IMG/VR virus record: IMGVR_UViG_3300027976_000013
Source of the DNA: an uncultured virus (IMG/VR IMGVR_UViG_3300027976_000013)
Lineage: Duplodnaviria > Heunggongvirae > Uroviricota > Caudoviricetes
DNA: 33,938 bases
Strand: one strand, 5' to 3'
In this document: positions 8,638 through 18,325 of the stretch, piece after piece
How the letters are laid out: every line of letters begins with the position of its first letter
Numbering within the stretch: the stretch's first letter is position 1
Program-made: the position numbers and the translations under genes
The notes under the pieces: model-generated
What the model was told of the DNA's origin: nothing
What the model saw: only the letters and a program-made list of their open reading frames with translations
The model's database searches: none

Positions 8638-8940
8638 TCAGCCCGCGCTTACGCGGCCGATTCCGGTATTCTCGAGTTTCGCATTAAGTGCGGTTCCTCC
8701 AAAATACTGTTGGTAGGACACCTGAGCGACAGAAAAAACAACCGCAATGTTAGTTGCGATAGTTTGCCAATCCGAAAGGTCTACACCGTTATCAATTGCG
8801 GTGATGCCTACAGCAACAACGCCAGACACAACCACAGCGACAGCCTGCTTCACCTTCGAACTCCAACTTTTATTCTTCAAGAAAGAAATCAAGATGGGGA
8901 CGAAAATACCTGCCAATGCTGCAATAGTAATGTTATCCAT
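8638..8940 (-). CDS. holin-like membrane protein
   Basis: 100 aa with three hydrophobic segments and FLKNKSWSSKVKQ, typical of actinophage holin-like proteins. GGAGG SD upstream. Confidence 0.65.
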   Translation of the reverse strand: MDNITIAALAGIFVPILISFLKNKSWSSKVKQAVAVVVSGVVAVGITAIDNGVDLSDWQTIATNIAVVFSVAQVSYQQYFGGTALNAKLENTGIGRVSAG

Positions 8941-8960
8941 AATTTTTTCACCTCCCTTTT

Positions 8961-11192
8961 TTAAATAATTTCTAAATCACGATAAGGCTTGTCCGACGAG
9001 TCAAGGAGAAACGTCAGAGTGCCCGGTCTAGAGTCTACACCAGTAAGGTCGTTGAACCACTCTGATCCGCCATCCATCGCTGGACACTGCATGTGAATCT
9101 TGTCATTATCATGCTCGATGACGGAAAAGTGGTGATAATGGCCAGTAATGAGAATATTTGCGTCGCCAATGGGATTATTGGTGAACTTCTGATTCTTCCA
9201 CCACTCCTTGATCTTCTTTTGGGGATCTGCGCCGCTACTCGTAACGTGTCCGTGAGCAAAGCCGAGAATGAATCCACTCACTTCGATAGTGATGGAAATT
9301 TCGTCTTCCGGCAAAATAAAACGAACGTGGCCGTAAGCATCGGGATTTGCTGACAATATTTCAGCAACCATCTCGAAAACAGAAACGTCATCATTGTCTC
9401 CACGAGTCGTGAACGCCTTGCCTGCGGCATTGCGATTTTCACCATGATTTCCTGGCACAGCGATGACAATCACTTCACTAAACAACTTAGACCAAGTAGT
9501 GATAGCCTTAGTCAACAGGCGACGAAGAACACGGATCTGTTGGCGGCGATTAAGTTCCACCGTGAAAGTTTGCGAAGCATAATGACCAGCGCAGTTTTCC
9601 ACCATGTCCCCAATCCCGGCAACGACTAAAGTTTTCATCTTCCGGCCAGACTTTCGAAGTTCGCGAATGCGATCAGTCACTTCATCAATCATAACCAAAA
9701 TTCTCTTAATTGTTCCCTCTGTGCCGTCCCCATCGGAGTTGTGGGTAGCCTTCAGACTCACCCCTGCGAGATACAGCCCGCCTTCGACTGTGATGCATTG
9801 GGCGCTGGCCCTTTCCATCTTCTCGACATTGCGAATATAGGAATAAGTCCACTGGCCTTCACCATAGCGCAACCTGTCCAGTTTTCTCTGCATTCTAAAT
9901 ACGCGCTGCCAAGGAAGTTCTCTGTTAGGAGTAAACTGCAATATGTTGGCTGGCTGATGCGTAGTTTGCTTCACCCTCCTCTTTACTTTCATACCGAGTG
10001 AATTCAGCAGAAATTCCATACCATCGGCAATGTTATTGTTCACTTGACAAAACTCAGCCGAACCATCTTCACTACAATAACCATCTGTGTCCATAAGACC
10101 CTGCACCAAACTCAAACGCTGGTCAATAGACCCATCTAAGTATTCTTTTGGGATGGACTTGCTGCCCAAGACTCCCATCTTGTTGAGTTTGGACGTGAGT
10201 CCGTCAATTCGAATCTCTACCATCTCTCCTCTGTTTGCTCCATTTTTTACAGTGTGGCAATCAAATAGATTAAGCCAGTAGCTTGAATCGCTTCCTGCAG
10301 AAGTTATTCTTCCGCTGTAGCTACTTCCGTCACCCAACCATGCCCCGAATAGATATGGATCGACGGGGAGCTCCTGAGGGCTTACCTCTAGTGGGCTAGT
10401 GTTTTTTATATGGAATGGTCTTGCGTAACTTGCATTTGTGCCGAATTTATTAATCTCGAAAAGTTCCCTTGTCGTCATAGATACCTCATAACGATCGTAC
10501 TTTCCTTTTCGATTGAAGCGCCTATAACCGTCCCATTGGTGGTTAGCAGTCGCCTCGATCTCTTCCCCGTCATCCCACGTTACCTTGTAGATATCCTGAA
10601 CGGATGACCCGGTATTCCCAACAACCGCAACGGGGGCTCCGTTTGGGGAGTATACGTAGTCTCCAATGCCCAATTCGCCGTGAGGCTTCCAGCCCTTAGT
10701 GGTGAGAATTGGGGTATCATCCCTTAGAGCCTTGCCTAATTGCCAGTCTGATAGGCAGACAACAAAAGTTGCGTCCCCATCAAGAAGCCTATCCGAAAGT
10801 GGGCGATGCTTTCTAATTAGCGTAACAAGATCGCTATAATCGTCATCACGATACTGAGTGAAACGCTTAGCCCTGATCCCGGCCTTGTAAGAGTAAAGCC
10901 TCTTAGTCGAGCCTTCACCGGCAGGAGCATCCCAGCAAGATACTTTAACTGGCTCAACAATTTCATAAAGGTCTGAATCGTACCCTAGTTCGTTTAGGAG
11001 CTCATCCCAGTCCTTTACAGGCTCGTTGTAGACCTCTGATGTGACAATAACTTCATCACCATCCCATTCCACCCCTGGCTTTAAAGTGGCGGGAGGCTTG
11101 ATTTCTTTTTCTCGCCTCGGAGGAATATGCTCTTCTCCACCAAGATTTGGGAGGTTAAGTGATTCGTCGTGCTTACTTTTGAAGTGTTTCAA
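8961..11192 (-). CDS. calcineurin-like metallophosphoesterase (MRE11-like nuclease fold) containing an intein
   Basis: LSDWQLGK|S, GIGDMVE, VPGNHGE, FAHGH and ITGHYHH metallophosphoesterase motifs. Confidence 0.88.
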   Translation of the reverse strand: MKHFKSKHDESLNLPNLGGEEHIPPRREKEIKPPATLKPGVEWDGDEVIVTSEVYNEPVKDWDELLNELGYDSDLYEIVEPVKVSCWDAPAGEGSTKRLYSYKAGIRAKRFTQYRDDDYSDLVTLIRKHRPLSDRLLDGDATFVVCLSDWQLGKALRDDTPILTTKGWKPHGELGIGDYVYSPNGAPVAVVGNTGSSVQDIYKVTWDDGEEIEATANHQWDGYRRFNRKGKYDRYEVSMTTRELFEINKFGTNASYARPFHIKNTSPLEVSPQELPVDPYLFGAWLGDGSSYSGRITSAGSDSSYWLNLFDCHTVKNGANRGEMVEIRIDGLTSKLNKMGVLGSKSIPKEYLDGSIDQRLSLVQGLMDTDGYCSEDGSAEFCQVNNNIADGMEFLLNSLGMKVKRRVKQTTHQPANILQFTPNRELPWQRVFRMQRKLDRLRYGEGQWTYSYIRNVEKMERASAQCITVEGGLYLAGVSLKATHNSDGDGTEGTIKRILVMIDEVTDRIRELRKSGRKMKTLVVAGIGDMVENCAGHYASQTFTVELNRRQQIRVLRRLLTKAITTWSKLFSEVIVIAVPGNHGENRNAAGKAFTTRGDNDDVSVFEMVAEILSANPDAYGHVRFILPEDEISITIEVSGFILGFAHGHVTSSGADPQKKIKEWWKNQKFTNNPIGDANILITGHYHHFSVIEHDNDKIHMQCPAMDGGSEWFNDLTGVDSRPGTLTFLLDSSDKPYRDLEII
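9738..10730 (-). mobile_element. class 3 intein with LAGLIDADG endonuclease in the metallophosphoesterase (331 aa, Ala1)
   Basis: ALRDDTPILTTKGW, EATANHQW (block B Trp), FGAWLGDG and VQGLMDTDG, AQCITVE (block F Cys), KATHN|S. Confidence 0.92.
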
Positions 11193-11641
11193 GGAATATT
11201 CTCCAATTCGTCGTCCCCCATTATAGCAGAATTTTCGGACATTTTTACGAATTTGCCGTTTATTCGCTTACCAGTTCTTGCTCGCTGTTTCCCACGCTCA
11301 CTCTGGCTTTTTCTATTTTCTTTACTTTGCTTTTTCCCCTCGCGATGCAAAGTGGTATGTTCAGGGCCTGTAGTTAAATAAAAATTAGACCAACGATTAT
11401 CCAGTTTTAGTTCGTTGATGTGGTGGATCGTCTCCCATTGTTGAAGGAAGCGCCCCAAGTGTTTTTCAGCAACAAGCCTGTGCTCATAAACATATCCGCT
11501 ATTATTAGAAGGATGTTTTGGGGTAAGGATTCGGATGTATCCTTTATCGTCTATGTATCGACCACCATTGAAATTTGGATTCTGTAGACCTTCCCTAGCT
11601 CCCAACCAAGAGACGCTATTCCTTCTAGAAGCTAAACTCAT
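11189..11641 (-). CDS. free-standing HNH homing endonuclease
   Basis: NPNFNGG, GYI, YVYEHRLVAEKHLGR, IHHINELKLDNRWSN...EH. Confidence 0.9.
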   Translation of the reverse strand: MSLASRRNSVSWLGAREGLQNPNFNGGRYIDDKGYIRILTPKHPSNNSGYVYEHRLVAEKHLGRFLQQWETIHHINELKLDNRWSNFYLTTGPEHTTLHREGKKQSKENRKSQSERGKQRARTGKRINGKFVKMSENSAIMGDDELENIP

Positions 11642-12186
11642 GTGTGAGGGGAGACGTAGGCACCTTCGTCTCGCACAATTAAGAGGACTCGTGACAAATC
11701 CCTACCCACAGTTATACTATTGAACGAGACGTTAGCGACTAAATTGACAGACACATTATGCGTACCAGCAGGAAGTGCCTCGGGGTACATCCAGACAAGA
11801 GGAACGCCGGGGTTGCTGAAATCGTTAACTACTGCAGCTCCATTTTCTGGTGACGCAACGATGCTTCCTCCAGCCTCGGTGACTGTAATTTTATATCTAA
11901 TTTCGAATCCATTCGCTACGTCAGGTGCAATGATCCCAGGGTGGAACTCAAACGATGTCAGTCTTCCCGGTTCCGTCGTGAAATTTAAATTTACAAGGCC
12001 AGTAATATTTTGGGGGCCGCCGTTAGGGTCAATAGAGAAAATTTCGATTGTCTTGTGCATAATAATACCCCTAGGTAACGGCTCAACCAAGTCCTTCAAA
12101 TGCTGCTCATTTAGCATCATTGCGTTCAGCCGCTGATAGTCAACAGGAACGCCCTCTCCCCATTGAACAAACTGAAATTCACCCAT
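11638..12186 (-). CDS. minor tail protein
   Basis: Follows the large tail tip gene; short N-terminal helix (YQRLNAMMLNEQ) plus a beta-rich C-terminal domain. Confidence 0.6.
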   Translation of the reverse strand: MGEFQFVQWGEGVPVDYQRLNAMMLNEQHLKDLVEPLPRGIIMHKTIEIFSIDPNGGPQNITGLVNLNFTTEPGRLTSFEFHPGIIAPDVANGFEIRYKITVTEAGGSIVASPENGAAVVNDFSNPGVPLVWMYPEALPAGTHNVSVNLVANVSFNSITVGRDLSRVLLIVRDEGAYVSPHT

Positions 12187-12202
12187 CTAAATCACTCCTT
12201 TT

Positions 12203-15200
12203 CTATAAAATAAATTTTGGTCTTGCGGCTGGGCTGGAATATTCACGCAGAACCAAACTCTGCAGAAGACCACCGTCATACGAAATTGAATTCTGTATCA
12301 CCCAAAATTTAACATTACTGATCCCCAAAGCCTTGAAGGATGTCACCGTGACAAGATCTCCAAGTTGGAGATGCGGAACACCGATCACATCAAGATTTAT
12401 AATCCTGACAGGATCAGAGAAATATGTAAGAATATGCTTAGCAAATTGCTTGGCGTAAATCTTATTCCCAATGAACTCATTGTCAATTTCAAGTTCCTTA
12501 ATTTGATATTTTCTAATGTTATCACGAACTTCTTCAGAATACTCCGTTATTAGCTCGTTACTTACCTCAGTGACAGCTGAAACTCCGGAAATCACAAAGT
12601 AGTTATTGGCATCGGTAAGGGGACTGTCTCCATTCAGAATGACAAGATTTGTATATGCGGGACCGTTTGTGTAATAGTAGTCAATTCCGTTGAGGGTTTT
12701 GACGCTTGGCCCCGGATCTCTTGCCGAAATGAGAAGTTTAGTCGAAAAAGCGTTAGACGCCAAATAGTCTACATCCACGGTCTTTTCGAACCTATCCTGT
12801 GTGATAAAGGGATAATTCACAACAACAGCTGGAGAGTCAGAATAAGTAATATTATAGAATCTAGCCTCCCTGGCTCTATCCTCAATATTATGATAGCCAA
12901 CCTCAGTTCCAAACATTCCCCTCGTCAATTCGTGAAGGAAATTGTTGACTTTTCTTTCATACTTTATGATCTCATCATTAATTTTGATATACCCGGAAGG
13001 TAACCAAAGTGGTTCAGAAACGTTCTTCAGGCGAATGCTTGTCGAAAAGGGAGTGACTATATCTTTGATGACAGACACAGCCAGAGACTCTCCGCTCTCA
13101 GCTGACCACAAGTTCTGTGTCTCACTAGCATTGAAGCTAGACTTGTTGATTTTTACTTTGACTTTGTTTGTTTGAACCTCAGAGTTTAGATCTCCCGACA
13201 CTATGTTTGTGTCATCCGAAAGAGAATACTGACTATTTTGGAATCTCGACTGGAGTCCATCATGAAGGACATCTTTGTATTCGTACTTGAGAAACCCGTA
13301 CTCATCTATATAGAACATGCCCATATCTGCCGTGGCAATGTTCAACATCGAATCCCAGTATGTGGAATCTTTGGCGTAAAGGTAATTAAAAGTTGGCATA
13401 GCATAAACCGAAGCGCAATCGAAATGCTTCTTTATTCTTACATAAGGAAGGACGTAGTCGTAGTATGCGAAGTTCGAAACGTAACTATCAGCGAACCCAG
13501 AAATCGTGCCTACCCCCACCCCATCGTAGGCTTGGAAGCTAGACGAAAAGCCTGTATAGTAATTTTTATCAGTAGGATCAGCTGGGAGAGCTGGAAGCCC
13601 TGTTGTTTTGTTTGTTGACAAAATCGCTTCGAGATTGCTGTTGATATACATCTTATACTCGATAGTCGAAGCGAGTACATTCTTTGTGATGCAGATATGA
13701 TTAGGGGTAAGTGGATTAAAGGAACTTGAACTTTCCATACTCGGCATCGGCAGACCCTCCGGGTCAAACCAGAGTATATATTTCAACGAATTGGTGCTAA
13801 CAGAGTAGACATACTGTAAGCAAAAGCTTTTGTAGTACGGTGGGCCAAGTATGCTCGTTTGGACAATCCCACCAAGTGCAGTTGCCGTAGCCGAACTATC
13901 TGTAAATATATCTGTTGACTGCAGACAGTGAATTATTTCTGAGGTCCAATTTCCAGTTGGGTCTGAGAACAAGACAGTCTTTACGTCTGTGATGATACTT
14001 TCAGCCTTAACCGACCCCTGCTTATAATACGGAGTAAAACTTTTTATGGCAAGGTCGTCAATGGACCTTTGCGCAATATCTTGAGCCTCGTAGAAATCTG
14101 AATAAAGAAGCGAAGTTCCGGCAAGATCAGCGGTCGGGTTTGACTCAAGCCCCGAATAAAACCCCGCTAAGTGAATATTTTGGTACTCATCGATATGATG
14201 TGTATGCCCTAATCCGCCGGGGGCGACAGCTGTGTCGATATCTGGCTGAGTCTCGTTAAACTTTACATACACAAACGGCTCATCAACAGTGACCTGTTGC
14301 TGATATTTATCAAAAAAGTCGATCTTTCTCAACGGAAAACCACTATGCAAGGCAAGATCGGCAATAGCTTTGCTAGCAGAAAAGCCTCTAGCAACATACC
14401 CTTGGACAGTTTTCTCCTGAAGGAACTTTGAGTAATCACGAATAGTGACAGATGCAACCATAGAAGATGAATCTAGACTCCACTGATCAGCATACATTTC
14501 TGTAGCCAAAACGACAGTTTCAGATTCATACCCCGACCCGCTAACCTGAGAGACATCGTGTGAAAGAGAAATAAAAATTTTGGTATCAGGATTTATATAA
14601 TCCCCGTAAATCGAGAGAGGATCGTAGTTATTAAATAATACTTCAGTGTTATCAAACTCAATGCTGCCATTGTTTGCAGCCGTAGACCCGATGGGGAGCG
14701 ACGAATCAAAATTGTCTCGAACCTTATCCAAATTGAACGAAATAACGAGCTCACTTAAGTCAACTTCCCAGATGGGATTAATTGTAATAATGCGAGCATA
14801 ATCGAGAGCGTTAAGGGTTGATGTTGGAGTGATCTTTATAGAGACAATTGAGTAAGTGTCGTCAAGGTCAATATATATAAACGATGGATCGATGGTATCG
14901 AAACTTGTGCTGCCAGTTATAAAAAAGCCATCTGCCTTTTCGATACTGTAATCGAATCCCTTTATTGGACCACCGTAATATCCAGTAGAAACAAAGACCC
15001 GGTTACAGTTCATGGCATCGAAAGATGCTTTTAGAAAGTCGGGTCTACTAAAAGACTTATCTGATGCTGACTTGACCCTAGACATCCACCCAAAATTACC
15101 CTCCATTTTGACAAAGGCCTCCTGATTCGGAGACGAAGCAGGACAATATACGTGATTGTTAGCCTTAATGACCTTGCCATGCCTGCTAAGCATATTAGTG

Positions 15201-17869
15201 AAAGCGTATGTGAAGGTCTCTTCTTGGATTCCATCAAACGCGCGTTCCGCATCGTAATACATGTCGCAAGTTTCTGTGCTCAATGTCGCCAGATTCTCGA
15301 TTGAATAGTAAAGAGAATCCCTATCATCTTGATCAAAAGCAAAACCAAAAAACGCAAGTTCAGAAATCCAACCATTAAAAAAGTGATAACTATATCCTCC
15401 CCCAAGGTCATCTTGGGTAAGGTCTGCTCCAATACCAATTAGCGGGTTATCAGCGGCCGCTGAGACGTTGTTCATAGCGAAACCCAAAGGGAGGGTTGCG
15501 AAAGTAACTTCCACATTATTGATATACATCGAAAACCTTGCACCACTTTTGATGATAGAAATATGATATAGTGTGCCAGGGTCAAAACTTCCAGAAGGCC
15601 ACGTTAAAGTGTAAGATGTGACACCATCTGCGGCGAATATCTGCGCCTCCAATGTGTACCTGTACGTAGGACCGGCGCTAGTTATGTCTCTACGATTTAC
15701 CCTAATCCCGGTTTTCTTTGCTGAGTTTCCAAGCCAGAATATTGTCCCATCCAAGTCTGGACTGCCATGCGGTATTCCAGTAGAAATTGGGTCCCTAAGT
15801 AGGAACGACAAGGTAAAATCAGTAGCGCTGTTAATAGTTTCAAACTGGCCTACAGTATTCCCGTTATATTTTGAGGCAAAAAGGTACTTCTCCTCGTCAA
15901 ACTTATAAGACCCGCTAGTATAGTTGAACCCGTAGGCGGCGAAATAATCAAACTCGAAAAAGGAAGCGTTCATCTCAGCCTGCGATCCAGATGGAAGATT
16001 ATATTTGGCATAATGGAACCCTAGACCAACCCTCTTGGCGTCCTCAGTCCTAAAAATAGGATCATAAAAATACCCTGACCCCATCCAAGTTCCATCGGCA
16101 GAGTCCTTGGTCGGCATCGACACCCCCATGTCGAAAACATGGTACATATTATATTCAGTTCTAATCCTGTAATATTTACTAGAAACGAAGACACCGCTCA
16201 GAGATGCCACTCTATGAACGACACCATCGACAATGGCATCGACATTTGCATTTGTATTCTTGCCATTGCCAACTGAAATATAGTTCTTTTCATCAACGAA
16301 CCTTACGAATGTCGCAGAGCCAAGCTTTCCATCACTCTTGAAGTCAACATAGTGATCAAGAGAGTTTGTTCGCAAATAAACAAAGCCGGGGTCGTTGTCG
16401 TAGATCCCGGCTAAATACTTTAACTTATTTGATCTAATAGCCCACTTTTTCTTGTTCTTCCCCCAAGAATACAAACTATTACTAGAGAAGAATCCCGGTG
16501 TATCTTGGTCGGCCCTATTAAAAGTGTCTTCTAGCCTTTCATTGATAAGGATCTCTTTAGTCTTTCCTGAAATTTTATCAACCTCATTTATGGCAGTCTT
16601 GGTTTCGGAAAAGTTTGATTTAACAGGGTAGGCAGGCGAGTTCCCTGTATTTTGTATTGTCCAAGTGCTGGTCCCCGCACCGAAGCCATACTTATCCGTA
16701 GTCACTGCCGACGTGGATGCGCCGCTAGCAAAGTCGTAGGCGTTAAATGAAAAGGTGGGATTGGGAGATGGAAGAGCCAATGTAGTACCAGACAGAGAGA
16801 TAAGACCGGAGTAACAGTTGATTTTGTATACACGCGAAGACGCAAGCTTATTTAGAATACCATCCGACCTTGAACCAATAGTTACGGCAGTAGTGCTGTT
16901 GTTAACGGAGATGACTGAGTTCGCCGTAGTTCCGTTCCAAGCCCAACTCACTCCATCATGTGAAGTATAAAAAGTGACAACCTTCGTAGAGGAGTTCCAA
17001 GACACAGCAACCCAGCCGACACCGCCAGTGCCAAAAGTTGTCAGAGGGTTGGAGGATATAGAATCTACCTCTGAGCCAACTCCTCCGACTCCACTATTTA
17101 ACATAAGACGAAGATATCCTGAAGTGTTAATGTCGAAAGTGTAAGACTTAGCCGAATCCGCAGATGCGGTGGGGGCATATTTTGAAATAATTGTTTGACG
17201 TGCCCCACTCCCCCAACTGTTATCCAACTTTGCAACAATAGAAAAACTTCCAGTAAAACTATTATTAGCAGCATCAGGAGTCGAAATGTAACTACCATTC
17301 ACCCCCGGAAACCAAACGTAATTATTGTCCTCATATTTTCCATAAGAAAAATTGAAAGAATTAGAGCCGATGTCTTTAGACCTAGCCTTGTAGACAATAT
17401 AAGAATGGACTCCAGATTGAGGACTTCCCGTAGCCACCCTGCTTATAGACGAATTCTCTAACGCGGCCCATCGTTGGGTATTCAAATAAAACCCTGTCAA
17501 AAAAGGGCGCTGAACGTAATATATTTTGCCAGCAACAATGCCAGAAGGCAAAGCTCCTGTTGTACTAAAGGAAACTGGCGTGCCTGCAAGAAGACCGTGA
17601 AAGGCAGGGCCAGTAGAGACAACCGCTGCGGCAGCAATAGAAATTGTAGCGACAGCGGTAACAGAAAGAGCCCTCTCGTAAGCATCCTCGAAGGGAAGAT
17701 ACAAAAGAGGCTTTCTATCTAAAATTTGTTTCCCATAAGAATGACTTGAAGTAGAGACCTTTAGATTCGTCATGTATCTCATATCAGACATCCACGCTTT
17801 TACTTTTGGCAGCACAGATTGAGAATCGTTATTTAATTCTTTTCGGAGAGCTTCCGATATTGGAATCAT
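12203..17869 (-). CDS. large tail tip/central fiber protein with several LamG/concanavalin-like domains (1888 aa)
   Basis: Position after TMP and the Dit-like gene; LamG signatures (YISTPDAANNSFTGSFSI; YHISIIK..MYINN..FNGWISELAFF; NHICITK..MYINS..VSNFAYY); C-terminal GVPHLQLGDLVTV tail-hub motif. Confidence 0.85.
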   Translation of the reverse strand: MIPISEALRKELNNDSQSVLPKVKAWMSDMRYMTNLKVSTSSHSYGKQILDRKPLLYLPFEDAYERALSVTAVATISIAAAAVVSTGPAFHGLLAGTPVSFSTTGALPSGIVAGKIYYVQRPFLTGFYLNTQRWAALENSSISRVATGSPQSGVHSYIVYKARSKDIGSNSFNFSYGKYEDNNYVWFPGVNGSYISTPDAANNSFTGSFSIVAKLDNSWGSGARQTIISKYAPTASADSAKSYTFDINTSGYLRLMLNSGVGGVGSEVDSISSNPLTTFGTGGVGWVAVSWNSSTKVVTFYTSHDGVSWAWNGTTANSVISVNNSTTAVTIGSRSDGILNKLASSRVYKINCYSGLISLSGTTLALPSPNPTFSFNAYDFASGASTSAVTTDKYGFGAGTSTWTIQNTGNSPAYPVKSNFSETKTAINEVDKISGKTKEILINERLEDTFNRADQDTPGFFSSNSLYSWGKNKKKWAIRSNKLKYLAGIYDNDPGFVYLRTNSLDHYVDFKSDGKLGSATFVRFVDEKNYISVGNGKNTNANVDAIVDGVVHRVASLSGVFVSSKYYRIRTEYNMYHVFDMGVSMPTKDSADGTWMGSGYFYDPIFRTEDAKRVGLGFHYAKYNLPSGSQAEMNASFFEFDYFAAYGFNYTSGSYKFDEEKYLFASKYNGNTVGQFETINSATDFTLSFLLRDPISTGIPHGSPDLDGTIFWLGNSAKKTGIRVNRRDITSAGPTYRYTLEAQIFAADGVTSYTLTWPSGSFDPGTLYHISIIKSGARFSMYINNVEVTFATLPLGFAMNNVSAAADNPLIGIGADLTQDDLGGGYSYHFFNGWISELAFFGFAFDQDDRDSLYYSIENLATLSTETCDMYYDAERAFDGIQEETFTYAFTNMLSRHGKVIKANNHVYCPASSPNQEAFVKMEGNFGWMSRVKSASDKSFSRPDFLKASFDAMNCNRVFVSTGYYGGPIKGFDYSIEKADGFFITGSTSFDTIDPSFIYIDLDDTYSIVSIKITPTSTLNALDYARIITINPIWEVDLSELVISFNLDKVRDNFDSSLPIGSTAANNGSIEFDNTEVLFNNYDPLSIYGDYINPDTKIFISLSHDVSQVSGSGYESETVVLATEMYADQWSLDSSSMVASVTIRDYSKFLQEKTVQGYVARGFSASKAIADLALHSGFPLRKIDFFDKYQQQVTVDEPFVYVKFNETQPDIDTAVAPGGLGHTHHIDEYQNIHLAGFYSGLESNPTADLAGTSLLYSDFYEAQDIAQRSIDDLAIKSFTPYYKQGSVKAESIITDVKTVLFSDPTGNWTSEIIHCLQSTDIFTDSSATATALGGIVQTSILGPPYYKSFCLQYVYSVSTNSLKYILWFDPEGLPMPSMESSSSFNPLTPNHICITKNVLASTIEYKMYINSNLEAILSTNKTTGLPALPADPTDKNYYTGFSSSFQAYDGVGVGTISGFADSYVSNFAYYDYVLPYVRIKKHFDCASVYAMPTFNYLYAKDSTYWDSMLNIATADMGMFYIDEYGFLKYEYKDVLHDGLQSRFQNSQYSLSDDTNIVSGDLNSEVQTNKVKVKINKSSFNASETQNLWSAESGESLAVSVIKDIVTPFSTSIRLKNVSEPLWLPSGYIKINDEIIKYERKVNNFLHELTRGMFGTEVGYHNIEDRAREARFYNITYSDSPAVVVNYPFITQDRFEKTVDVDYLASNAFSTKLLISARDPGPSVKTLNGIDYYYTNGPAYTNLVILNGDSPLTDANNYFVISGVSAVTEVSNELITEYSEEVRDNIRKYQIKELEIDNEFIGNKIYAKQFAKHILTYFSDPVRIINLDVIGVPHLQLGDLVTVTSFKALGISNVKFWVIQNSISYDGGLLQSLVLREYSSPAARPKFIL

Positions 17870-17902
17870 GTTCTTTCCTTAATTGTCGTTCTCATGTAAC
17901 CC

Positions 17903-17911
17903 ATTATATCA
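17903..17911 (-). promoter_or_regulatory. extended -10 (TGATATAAT) upstream of the tail tip gene
   Basis: TGnTATAAT overlapping the upstream stop codon; AAGGAAAG SD downstream. Confidence 0.5.
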
Positions 17912-18325
17912 TGATTCCTCAAAGGAGACCTCTACGCTCCAAATAAACACTCCTGATGCGGGATCTCGCTTAATAAGATCTTCTTTGTAATCTGAAACAA
18001 ACACAATAAATTCCTCATATGCTCCATTTTTATAGAAAAACCTCAAAGTGTGGCTGTCCCCAGAGTCACCGATCAGTTTAACCAGCGTATCGCGAGTGGC
18101 ATAGCCGTCAATAGTCCGAGTGCTATCGTCAGGCAAAAATGACCATCCTGTAGAGAAAGTATGCTTCACTGACTTTATATAGCGCTTCCTGGTTCCGTTA
18201 GCAAGTTCGGTACTCACAGAGCGCTCATCACGAGTGCGAGAGACGGGAGAGCGGCCTTCGTCCGTCAGCTGGACATTGTCTATCCAAATTGCGGCGGGGA
18301 AGAATAAAGAATTTCCTGAACTCAT
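17909..18325 (-). CDS. minor tail protein (distal tail-like)
   Basis: 138-aa beta-rich ORF directly after TMP (ATGA overlap); ELANGTRKRY..K..F...W..LP pattern. Confidence 0.75.
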   Translation of the reverse strand: MSSGNSLFFPAAIWIDNVQLTDEGRSPVSRTRDERSVSTELANGTRKRYIKSVKHTFSTGWSFLPDDSTRTIDGYATRDTLVKLIGDSGDSHTLRFFYKNGAYEEFIVFVSDYKEDLIKRDPASGVFIWSVEVSFEES

